Part shown: one piece after another, positions 26,461-40,084 of the stretch | Layout: each line of letters opens with the position of its first letter | How positions within the stretch are numbered: position 1 is the first letter of the stretch | Source: Eledone cirrhosa | Taxonomy: Eukaryota | DNA: 64,000 bases | Assembly (NCBI GenBank): GCA_964016885.1 | Contig: OZ024741.1 | Span: 266,352,001-266,416,000 of the forward strand | Direction of reading: 5' to 3' | Made by a program: the position numbers and the translations under genes | The notes under the pieces: generated by a model | Databases searched by the model: none | What the model was told of the DNA's origin: nothing | The model's input: only the letters and a program-made list of their open reading frames with translations

Positions 26461-27349
26461 CCTGAAAGAGTTATTTTTTTGTAAATTTGTCTATGGACTT
26501 GGCCATGTTTGGGGTGGGGTGGTTAGTAAATGCATGGGTTGTTTGTCTGCAGTTATCCTACCCACCCAGGGTTAGGACCATAGGTGAGCTACTATATATT
26601 TCAGAGAGGCATTTGGTGCAAACTTTCTTCCTATTGAATAAAAATTGAATGAAAAGACTAAAAAAAAAAAATATCAATAAACATTGTTTCACCTGTTATG
26701 TTGGTTCTTCTCTTGTTCTTTTTGTGTTGCTTTTAAATTTGATGTGGTGGTATCTGTGTGTGTGTATATACCTCTTTCTCACTTTGCCTTCTGTGCATAC
26801 TTTCTCTTCTATGAAGAACATTTCCGATGATATCATACAAAAGAAAATTTTCTAGTCCTATAGAAGCCATTTCTATATTAGATAATTGTTTCTACTTTTG
26901 GCACAAGGCCAGCAATTATCCCAGTGCATTACTGGTACTTTATTTTATCGACCCCCCGTAAGGATGAAAGGCAAAGTTAACCTTAGTGGTTTCCACTCTA
27001 CTAATATATTGAGTACTTTTTAACTGTGGTTAACCTGATTTAACTTGGGATCTACATATATAAATATACACACACACACATTATATGTGTGTGTATATAT
27101 ATATATATATATGTGTCCCACACTGTAAATGTGGTTGGTGTTAGGAAGGGCATCCAGCTGTAAAAACCCCGGCCAAATTTACAGTCCCATCAGAGCAAGG
27201 TACAGTGAGGCCAATTCTGGCCAGATATGTCTCTTGCGCAGACGATCCGTCTGACCCATGCACGCATGGAAAAATGGACGTTACACAATGATGATATATG
27301 TGTGTGTATACATCTTCAGCACATATATGCATATATATATATATATATA

Positions 27350-27736
27350 GGAGGTGAGTTTTATTGTAACACAATAAAGCAATGCAAATATCAGATAAGT
27401 AGCACTCAACAGTTTATTGAAGAAATTAAAAGATGGTTAAAAAAGTTCCATGTATTTTATTATGCGCATTTCAAAAACAAATATCATCCTGGGACGATAT
27501 TTGCGTTCTCATCAGATAAAATAGGGAGACATGATATGACTCTTAAAAAAAAACACTTGTGAGCAAGGTATATGTTGATTAGACACTACCTTGCTCACAA
27601 ATGTTCTTTTTAAGCTTCATATCATGTCTCCCTATTTTATCTGATGAGAACGCAAATATTGTCCCAGGATGATATTTGTTTTTGAGATGCACATAATAAA
27701 ATACATGGAACTTTTTAACCATCTTTTAATTTCTTC
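27350..27736. mobile_element. Fold-back hammerhead element in (TA)n, opposite orientation
   Basis: Arms 27419-27570 and 27587-27736 with several mismatches; tail motif (rc gttgagtgct) on the left shared with the 12.9 and 53.2 kb elements. Confidence 0.78.
27453..27523 (-). ncRNA. Type I hammerhead ribozyme motif with long stem II
   Basis: TATTTTAT-CTGATGA-GAACGCAAATATCGTCC.CA.GGATGATATTTGTTTTT-GAA-ATGCGCAT-A-ATAAAATA: 8-bp stem I, intact core, palindromic stem III, AUA cleavage triplet. Confidence 0.82.
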
Positions 27737-27959
27737 TTATATATATATATATATATATATATGCATGTGTGTGTATGTGTGTTTACATCTTCAGCAAAAC
27801 ACAACAGACCAGTTTGCAAAATGCACATAATGCAAGAAAGTTCCCCAGATAGTTTACAAGGACTTACCAGAACTGATATCAATAATGTCTTATTGTAAAG
27901 ATTTGAATTGTGAAAGAACACCAACCACCAGTGAAGTCATTCTGCCCCCTTTTTTTCAA

Positions 27960-27996
<37 letters not shown>

Positions 27997-28329
27997 TTTA
28001 TATATATGTATATATATATATTATAAAATCTAATGCTGTCGACCATATCCATGAGATCAGTTTCGAACGTCTCTATATGTGGATTATGTGGTGGATTTCT
28101 GTAGAATTTAAATCCAAAGTTATTATTTCTCCCAGAATCCTGGTTGTTAATAAAATTATTTCTTCCTTTTTCAAAATAGTATGCTTTTCATTTATAGAGT
28201 TGGATCTTATTGTGAAAGGTTCTGTAGGAGTATGGGATTGATAGACATCGTACTGTTACCTCTCCTGTTCATAATTTTCATCAACAGAATTGACATGCTC
28301 ATCTGAGTTGGGAATAGCATCAATACTGG

Positions 28330-29015
28330 TGGGTATAGGATCAATCAACAGAAATTTTCTGATGACCTGGTACTACTTAATTCATCAGAAATTGATCTCT
28401 GTTATGCACTGGATAGGTTCGATGCTGAGTATTACATTGCAGGAATGAAACTCAGTGCTCTGAAGACAGACACTCATCTCCTCAAGGAAGCCTCCATATA
28501 AGTGGAGTTTCACTGAAACAGGTGGAGAAGTTTTAGTATCTCAGGACTGTTTCATAACTGACGTAAGGCAGGAGGCTGAATTAAGTGAAAGAATTGCTGG
28601 AGATGGTGCAGTAACACACCTGTTTCAGCACTCAGTCATCAGCGTTCATGTCTACCATTACCTATAGTCATGAATTTTGGGTAATAACTGAAAAAATACG
28701 ATCACGAATACAAGTAGCTGAAATAGAATTCCTCCTAAAGATCTTTGGAGTTATGTTACTCGATAAGGTGCATCTGCTACTTCTCTGCATCAAGAGATCA
28801 TAGTTCCCATACTATGGATGTGGTTAGAATGTCCAAGGAAAGAATTGAGCAAAGCCAACTGGCAGGAGACACAGGAGTAGAGTACGAGCAAGATGGTTGG
28901 ATAACATTCATGAGTTTGGTTGGGTTTGCTTGGAGATCCGGTCAGATCATTAGAAGATGGTTGCCTCTGGAAGGTGTGTTTGAAGACATTGATCCACGAA
29001 TAACTGAAACCAGGA
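28330..29015 (+). mobile_element. RTE-clade LINE fragment
   Basis: DDLVLL...GMKLS, QVEKF*YL, YYGCVVRM-type motifs; homologous to the 43.4 and 51.1 kb copies. Confidence 0.75.
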
Positions 29016-30182
29016 AAAGAATACACACACACACATATATATATATATATATTGTTACACTTAGGGAATGTCATTAAAAAAACACACGCAACATGACCAA
29101 AGTTTAACAATATCTGTTTGAACATACGATTTCACATCAAGAGTCTTGCAAAACAAATAGAAAATACGTGGTACATATAACATTTTTTTTTTTAATTAGT
29201 CGCAGAAAATTTATACAAAAGCGACATTATTTAACAAGGAGTTTTTTCGGAAATCCGAAAAGATTAATACTTCCTGAAAATTACCGAAGAGTTGCCTCCC
29301 TTCATTAATAAATATTTTTACGAAGGGTGAATTTTTTTCTTACAAATTGGTAAGAAAAGGTAGCTAGATCACTTACGCTATTTGCCAGACGTTTGAAACA
29401 ATAAAAACACGTTAGATAATGTAGTTTTAGATGTCCTACAACACCAGGAGGTCATAGCTAGAATGTCTCTGATCATACATACTTCAGGTCATGTTACTCT
29501 TCTATGACTGACCTGGGGTTAAATACACAAAAGCAATCTCTTCGTATTGAACACTTTAAACCTGGTAGAGCCCTTCCCCTCTCCATGTCTAAATACAGAG
29601 GATAACGTCCGGGGAATGAAAGAGATACAGAGGAAGTGAGAAACAAATATAGAGGAACTTTTTTTTTATCAATCTCTAATAGATGAGAGGAAGAGTTTAT
29701 CTCTGTGAGTTTTGAACTGAGCGTAGAGTCGGAACGAAATCGGCAAATCATTCTAATCACTCGACCAATTCGTCGCCTGGTTATTGTTTTATGTTCCTTT
29801 TAATCTATATTTGCATGGGCTGGACAAGACCTGCAACTTATTCCGGTTTGGTGGATGTTAGGTAACTGAGAGTACAAGACTCTCAATATGTGTTTCCGAC
29901 TTCAGAATATGTATCCAGTGGATTGTTATATAATCCGGCAACATGGATAATCCGACAACTCAGTAACCAAGGGCGCCGGTAAATCGATGGTGGGGCTCAC
30001 GAACTGAACTAAGTTTAGATGTTCAAGGGAAGTAACACGTAATCAAACTACGGGAGATAACTTAATGGTAGTAATACATTGTGTGGCGAGGTGTCAGTAA
30101 CTCTTTAAAATATATAAACATATAACTGAAATATACATACATATTATCATCATCATTTAATGTCCATTCTCCCTGCTAGAGT

Positions 30183-30257
<75 letters not shown>

Positions 30258-30479
30258 ATATATAATATATGTGTGTGAGTGTGTGTGTACATAATATCTG
30301 AAACATACATATTTACATATTAATATACACATATATACATCCTTATATACCCTATTAATATACACATATATACATCCTTATATACCCTTTGAAAATATAA
30401 CCCTCAATTCAAAATATAGTGATATAAATAAACAGGACAACTATAGTCCATTATATTACATCACAGGAACCTTTATAAT

Positions 30480-30775
30480 GTGTGTGGGTGGGTGGGGCTG
30501 GAAAGTGTGTCAAGTGTACTATGTACCACTCTGAAAGTGTTGAGTAAATATGGGAGGTTAGAAGTGGCATCATGTACCATTCTGAAGGTGTGGGAAGGCG
30601 AGAGGTTAGATTCGATACCATGTACCCTTCCAAAGGTGTCTGTGGGATTAAAGTGGCACCATGTACCATTCTGAAAGTTCGGAGTCGAGTTGGGAGGTTA
30701 GAAATAGTACCATGTACCATTCTGAAGGTGTGGTGCGGTTGGGTGGTTAGAAGTGATACAACGTACCACTCTGGA
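30480..30775. repeat. Degenerate tandem repeat (~40-60 bp) 3' of CGRRF1
   Basis: Recurrent catgtaccattctgaaggtgtg...ggttagaagtgg. Confidence 0.65.
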
Positions 30776-31292
30776 GAAAGACTCTGCTATCAGTTACAAC
30801 TAAATACAGCAGCTTGACTGAGGTCTAACAATGTTGGCCAGCCTTTGTGTTCCTATATTTCATGACTGGGACTGGTGTTTCTGTAAGTATATAGCACCCA
30901 TCGAAGAATCCTTAACTCCTGATGGAATTATAGGGATGCTGTCATGACATAGGTTGTATCTTGGGCATTTACATCTGGCAGAGCTCATTTCCACTCTAGG
31001 TCTGAACACAGCCGATTCTTTTTAGGCAGAGAGAGAGAGAGGTTATGACTATTGTAACAGACAGAGTGAGAAAAATGTAGAAAAAAAGAGAAAATGAATG
31101 AGAAGGAAAAAGAAAAATGTGAGAGAAGTGTCAGAAGCAATAATATTTCACTTGTGTCTTTAACAATAAACAGAAGCCTCCTCACTTGAAATCTCGTGTT
31201 AACAGGTAAAAAAAGTGACTCAAGGTAAGAGAAAGCCCCTTTATCTTAAAACAAACAGCATATATTATGTGCTTTTGAACAACAACATCGCT

Positions 31293-31925
31293 TTACCAGA
31301 AACCTAAATATTCATTGACGGTATCGTTCAAATGGATTAGCCACTGCTTTAGAGTGCGTCGTCTCTGCATAGGAATGTGAGGTGTCGGCCGATGCATTTG
31401 GCCTGCAGCAGTATAAGGCACTGAATTAGGTGACATGGATGTGGCTGCACTGGAAGTGCAATAGCGAGATGAATCTTCTAACAAGAAGTAAGAATGGATA
31501 TATTCACGACACAAGGGACAACGTTCAAGTTTGCTGAAACAGGTTCTGCACACACATGCATGTCGGCATGGCAACAGGGCCATGCTGATAGTCTCACACT
31601 GGCAAACAATGCAGTCATTTTGTGCAGAGCCCTCGAAATTTTCTGTGTTACCATCGTCTGCTGAAGGTGGATCATCGTTCTCATCATACACGGAAGATGA
31701 TTTAGATGTTTTGACATTTGTTGTACTTCCAAAATCCTCTTCGGAAGAAGAAGCTACGACATCTGTAATGTTGGTCATGGGTGGCTTGTGTGCCTGAGCT
31801 GTAATGTTGACAGCTTCTGTTGAATGCCTGTGTGATAGCTGCCCTCTGGAATCACTTGGTGATGGAACTTGTGTTGGTGTTCCTAGGGAACTTTCATTAT
31901 CAGGTAATGAAGCCATAAATATGGG
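31293..31925 (-). CDS. CGRRF1: CGRRF1 terminal exon with C3HC4 RING finger
   Basis: tacag|CCC ATA TTT ATG..., contains CIVCQCETISMALLPCRHACVCRTCFSKLERCPLCR, ends TAA at 31293. The six exons sum to 1341 nt = 446 aa + stop. Confidence 0.93.
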   Translation of the reverse strand, partial: PIFMASLPDNESSLGTPTQVPSPSDSRGQLSHRHSTEAVNITAQAHKPPMTNITDVVASSSEEDFGSTTNVKTSKSSSVYDENDDPPSADDGNTENFEGSAQNDCIVCQCETISMALLPCRHACVCRTCFSKLERCPLCREYIHSYFLLEDSSRYCTSSAATSMSPNSVPYTAAGQMHRPTPHIPMQRRRTLKQWLIHLNDTVNEYLGFW

Positions 31926-32691
31926 CTGTAATAAAGAAAAAAAAACTTTAGTTTACATTTGGTGTTAGGAAGGGCATCCAGCTGTAGAAACCATGCTGAA
32001 ACTGGAACATGTGAGCAAGAAGTAGCCCTCAGCTCATCTGATGATGTGAGGAAGGGCATCTAGCTGTAGAAATCATGCGAAGACTAGAACATGGAAGAAG
32101 TGGCTACCAGCCTATCTGATGATGTTAAGAAGGGCATCCGGCTGTAAAAACCATGCCAAAAGTAGAACATGTAAGTGAGAAATGTCTCCACCCTCCCTCT
32201 TCCTCCTGCCTGTCTGGGAGGAGAGTAGTTCCAATTAAAGTGCAGATTTCATCTGTGATGTCCGTTTAAATGATGCCAACAAGGAAAAAATCTAACCTAA
32301 AATTTGTCTCAAGCCAGAAGGCTGGTGTTTATCCCGGTTTCATGGCATGAAGCAACTGAGAGTACAAGACTTCCCCCTGGACAAGACACTAGTCCATCGT
32401 AGGGTTAAACTCCCAGCTATTGCTGGTACACATTTTTAGCTGAGTATACTGGAGCAACATGAAATGAAGTGATTTGCTTGAAAACTCAACACACAACCAA
32501 GCCCAGGAATCAAACCCATGACATTATGATCATAAGTCCAACCTCCTTACCACTAGGCCATGCAACTCCACGGCCTAATAAAAGCAGACATTAAATGTTA
32601 AATGGTATGGAGGTTCAGTGTGTCGAGGTGGGGCTTCTCTCAGCCAATATAAACAGATAGATGGGGGTCAGAAAACATGGGTCTTACATAC

Positions 32692-32799
32692 CTGTAGGTT
32701 AAATATTTGGTTGTTATAGGTTTTCAGGTGTTGGTTAATGATGTAGGAGTTCATACTACAGGCAGCATCTTTTAAATGGATTGCACTCAGCATCGCCAC
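32692..32799 (-). CDS. CGRRF1: CGRRF1 coding exon 5
   Basis: catag|GTG GCG...CTA CAG|gtatgt, 108 bp, VAMLSAIHLKDAACSMNSYIINQHLKTYNNQIFNLQ. Confidence 0.9.
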
Positions 32800-33369
32800 C
32801 TATGGGAGACAACAGAAACCACAGTCCAACATACACTGAACATTTCAATAGAGGAAAGGTTTATATAGAGAGTTTATTGTTCAGTCCTTCATATTTGTTG
32901 GCAATTGTGTATGTGTATCTGTATGTGTGTGCATGTGTACATGTATGTGTGCGTGTGCGTATGTACATGTATGTGTGTGTATGTATGTATGTGTGTACAT
33001 ATGTGTGTGTGTGCCTATATATGTGTGTGTGTGTCTGTATGAGTGTCTATATGTGTATGTGTGTGTGTGTCTATATGCATGTATGCCTATATGTTTGTGT
33101 GTGTCGATATAAGTGTGTGCCTTTGTGTCTATATATGTATGTGTCTGTGCATCTATATGTGTGTATGTGTCCATATGTTTGTGTTTGTGTATCTATATAT
33201 ATATATGTCTGTGTGTCCATATATGTGTATGTTTTACATGGCAGGTCTGGAGGAAGGAGCAGTGCCCAACACTTTCACAAAATCTCCGAAACCATAGAGA
33301 TTAATGCCATTGGTGTTTTGGAAAGATATGAATGGATTGGGAATTACAGAGGGATGATATTATAGGGAA

Positions 33370-34970
33370 GAAGGACTGGACTGGATATGGTGGTTAATGT
33401 GGGATCAGGGATGTTGGACGGATGAAGTGGGTGATGAGAGAAGGAGAAGTGAGTGAGTGAGAAGGGATCCCAGAGGGGTAATATTATGAGGAAGAAGGAC
33501 TGGGTGTGGTGGTTAATGTGGGATCAGGGATGTTGGACGGATGAAGTGGGTGATGAGAGAAGGAGAAGTGAGTGAGTGAGAAGGGATCCCAGAGGGGTAA
33601 TATTATGAGGAAGAAGGACTGGGTGTGGTGGTTAATGTGGGATCAGGGATGTTGGACGGATGAAGTGGGTGATGAGAGAAGGAGAAGTGAGTGAGTGAGA
33701 AGGGATCCCAGAGGGGTAATATTATGAGGAAGAAGGACTGGATATGGTGGTTAATGTGGGATCAGGGATGTTGGACGGATGAAGTGGGTGATGAGAGAAG
33801 GAGAAGTGAGTGAGTGAGAAGGGATCCCAGAGGGGTAATATTATGAGGAAGAAGGACTGGATATGGTGGTTAATGTGGGATCAGGGATGTTGGACGGATG
33901 AAGTGGGTGATGAGAGAAGGAGAAGTGAGTGAGTGAGAAGGGATCCCAGAGGGGTAATATTATGAGGAAGAAGGACTGGGTGTGGTGGTTAATGTGGGAT
34001 CAGGGATGTTGGACGGATGAAGTGGGTGATGAGAGAAGGAGAAGTGAGTGAGTGAGAAGGGATCCCAGAGGGGTAATATTATGAGGAAGAAGGACTGGAT
34101 ATGGTGGTTAATGTGGGATCAGGGATGTTGGACGGATGAAGTGGGTGATGAGAGAAGGAGAAGTGAGTGAGTGAGAAGGGATCCCAGAGGGGTAATATTA
34201 TGAGGAAGAAGGACTGGGTGTGGTGGTTAATGTGGGATCAGGGATGTTGGACGGATGAAGTGGGTGATGAGAGAAGGAGAAGTGAGTGAGTGAGAAGGGA
34301 TCCCAGAGGGGTAATATTATGAGGAAGAAGGACTGGGTGTGGTGGTTAATGTGGGATCAGGGATGTTGGACGGATGAAGTGGGTGATGAGAGAAGGAGAA
34401 GTGAGTGAGTGAGAAGGGATCCCAGAGGGGTAATATTATGAGGAAGAAGGACTGGATATGGTGGTTAATGTGGGATCAGGGATGTTGGACGGATGAAGTG
34501 GGTGATGAGAGAAGGAGAAGTGAGTGAGTGAGAAGGGATCCCAGAGGGGTAATATTATGAGGAAGAAGGACTGGGTGTGGTGGTTAATGTGGGATCAGGG
34601 ATGTTGGACGGATGAAGTGGGTGATGAGAGAAGGAGAAGTGAGTGAGTGAGAAGGGATCCCAGAGGGGTAATATTATGAGGAAGAAGGACTGGATATGGT
34701 GGTTAATGTGGGATCAGGGATGTTGGACGGATGAAGTGGGTGATGAGAGAAGGAGAAGTGAGTGAGTGAGAAGGGATCCCAGAGGGGTAATATTATGAGG
34801 AAGAAGGACTGGGTGTGGTGGTTAATGTGGGATCAGGGATGTTGGACGGATGAAGTGGGTGATGAGAGAAGGAGAAGTGAGTGAGTGAGAAGGGATCCCA
34901 GAGGGGTAATATTATGAGGAAGAAGGACTGGGTGTGGTGGTTAATGTGGGATCAGGGATGTTGGATGATG
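33370..34970. repeat. 119-bp minisatellite, about 13 copies, LINE-3'-derived
   Basis: Near-identical 119-bp units, continues into a diverged LINE-like segment (rc ...SFP..SSLWNSLP) at 34970-35260. Confidence 0.93.
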
Positions 34971-35398
34971 AGGGGAGGAATGATGAGTGAGTTGGAAGGG
35001 AATTCCAGAGAGATGATATTATGGGGAAGGACTGGGCATAGTGGTTGATTAGTGTAGGGCATGAGGGGTGGAAGACAGCATATAACATGGATGATGAGAG
35101 GAGATGAGTGAGTTGGGAGTGCCAAGTGGAGTGACATGAGACCAGCAAACACTGAGGAACAGAGACCATTGTAGTAGAGGAAGATGAGGCTGGGGAAGGA
35201 GACAGCAGAACTGTGTGCCAGATGCTGGAGTAGAGGTGAGCCAGAAGCTAGAGTGGAGGTGAAATGAGATCAGCAGTGGTTGAATTGGGGTAGCATGTGA
35301 TCAGCAATGAATGCAGGCATGACAGAGTGGAAGTGACATGAGACCAGAAGCTGGAGTGGAGGTGAGCCAGAGACTGTATCAGAGAAAATATAACTTAC

Positions 35399-35552
35399 CA
35401 CCTGAACAGCTCCATTTGTGGGTGGGGTAGCACTGAGGGAGATATTTAGAAGAACAACAGGGTAGACTGTCCGTGAGTTTGCTGTCATGACAACATCTGT
35501 CATCTCCTGGGGGGTGGGGAAATGTAGCTGCTTTTCACTACAGTGGTCTAAT
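35399..35552 (-). CDS. CGRRF1: CGRRF1 coding exon 4
   Basis: ctaaag|A TTA GAC...CAG GTG|gtaagt, 154 bp, LDHCSEKQLHFPTPQEMTDVVMTANSRTVYPVVLLNISLSATPPTNGAVQV, RxxYP motif. Confidence 0.85.
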
Positions 35553-38264
<2,712 letters not shown>

Positions 38265-38439
38265 TGGAGCGACTTCGCTTTGTAAACATATGAACCAGTA
38301 AGGAAATCATCAGCGAGTATCCGATCCCGCAGTTGTTGCCAAGGTAACTGGAATTCATGATAGAGAGCCTGAATGTTCACTCCCCAGTAGCTATACAGAG
38401 AACTTGCAGCCAAACTTGAAACCAGACAATGTAAACCAG
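38265..38439 (-). CDS. CGRRF1: CGRRF1 coding exon 3
   Basis: ttttcag|CT GGT...CTC CA|gtatcctttt, 175 bp, GLHCLVSSLAASSLYSYWGVNIQALYHEFQLPWQQLRDRILADDFLTGSYVYKAKSL, YWG motif, U12-type donor. Confidence 0.88.
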
Positions 38440-38480
38440 CTGAAAACAGAAAGTTTTAAAAACACACATATATATGTATA

Positions 38481-38530
<50 letters not shown>

Positions 38531-39024
38531 CAGGTGAAGAGTTAGGCTGTGTGGTTACTGAAAACAGAGGGTTAGAAGGTAAACGGGATGTAAACTGTTT
38601 ACTACAGATCATAGATGTTTCAGCGCTTAAAACAGAACATCGATCTGTAGCGCGCCCATGGCCTTTTATCCATCAAAAGGCCATGAGGGAGAGAAGAGTG
38701 AGAAAGAAGAAAAAAGAGGAAAAAACGAAGTAAACATAGCAATATAAGTTGGGACACAAGACAATGGCACATGTATGTCAAGTTACCGAAGAGAAAGTGG
38801 AATAAGTTATAGTACGCCGATGGGTATAATTCTGTTGGCAGTGATAACAGCGGAGCAAGGTTTTTCCATGGCAATCTCAGTAAAGTGAGGGTAGAGAGAG
38901 AGAAAGATGGAGGAACCTGAGAGGGAGTGAGCAAGTGGGACAGAGAGAGAGGGAGGAGAAGGGAAAGGGAGTCAATCCAAAAGAGCTTTACGACACATAC
39001 AACCAGGCCGAAAACAACCAAATG

Positions 39025-39059
<35 letters not shown>

Positions 39060-39814
39060 GAAGGGAGTCGATCCGAAAATATATATATATATTTAAAAGG
39101 TAAACAGAAATAACAACACAATCGATACAGTATATGGAAGGTATATATTAGGTTAATGCTTGAAATAGCAGGAAGAGGGTCTTAACGTTTCGGATGCTAG
39201 TCCATCAGAAAAAAGAATGAGAAATAAGATAGATTGAAGGGACGGGTGGGGTGGAATTGGAAAAAATGTCTTTAGATAAAAAAAATATATATATATATGT
39301 AAACTTATATTTTGGAAAAGTAAACAAGATTAAGAAAAATTTACCTGTTCCTAGGTTATACAATGAAACTGTAGTTGGGACTTTCAAAGTGAATAGGTAA
39401 ATTTTTTTTATCTTGTTTACTTTTCCCAAATACAATTTTGTTTTGCCCCAACTAATTGATTCTTATTAATTCCCTCATTGCGCAAAACTGGTAATACTTA
39501 GACTCCCTCATATGTATGTCTATATTTGTGTATATATATATATATATATATATATTCAGCAAATTTATTATATATATATAAATCATCATCATCATTTAAT
39601 GTCTGCTTTCCCTGTTAGCAAAGGTTGGACGAGTCTACATAGACATAAACCAAGTCAGTACTGAAGCAGGGTCACTGGCGTCCCACACAGGCTGAGGTGG
39701 TCTGTATCCCGCTTACATACAGTCATTTACGAGTGCAGAGGAAAAGTTGTGTCTTCTTACACAAACTGAAGAATCATCCTCACTCTAAACGTATATATAT
39801 ATATATATATATAT

Positions 39815-40030
39815 ATGAAGAAGTGCCAAGAAATGCCAGTTGAAGGAAGACGTAGTAGAGGAAGACCACGAAAAACATGGGCGGGGGTGGTGGTGAGAGC
39901 AGACCTCACATCACTGAAGCTCACAGTGGAGATGACGAAGGACCGTGACAAGTGGAGAGATGCTGTGCTGAATAGGACCCATCCCACCCTTGCAAGCAGA
40001 GAAAAGCGGACGTAAAATGATGATGATGAT
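39815..40030 (+). mobile_element. RTE-X-like LINE 3' end with (GAT)n tail; second copy at 61745-61895
   Basis: VEGRRSRGRPRKTW...DRDKWR, tail cccttgcaagc...cggacgtaaaatgatgat. Confidence 0.78.
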
Positions 40031-40049
40031 ATAAATATATATACATACA

Positions 40050-40084
<35 letters not shown>

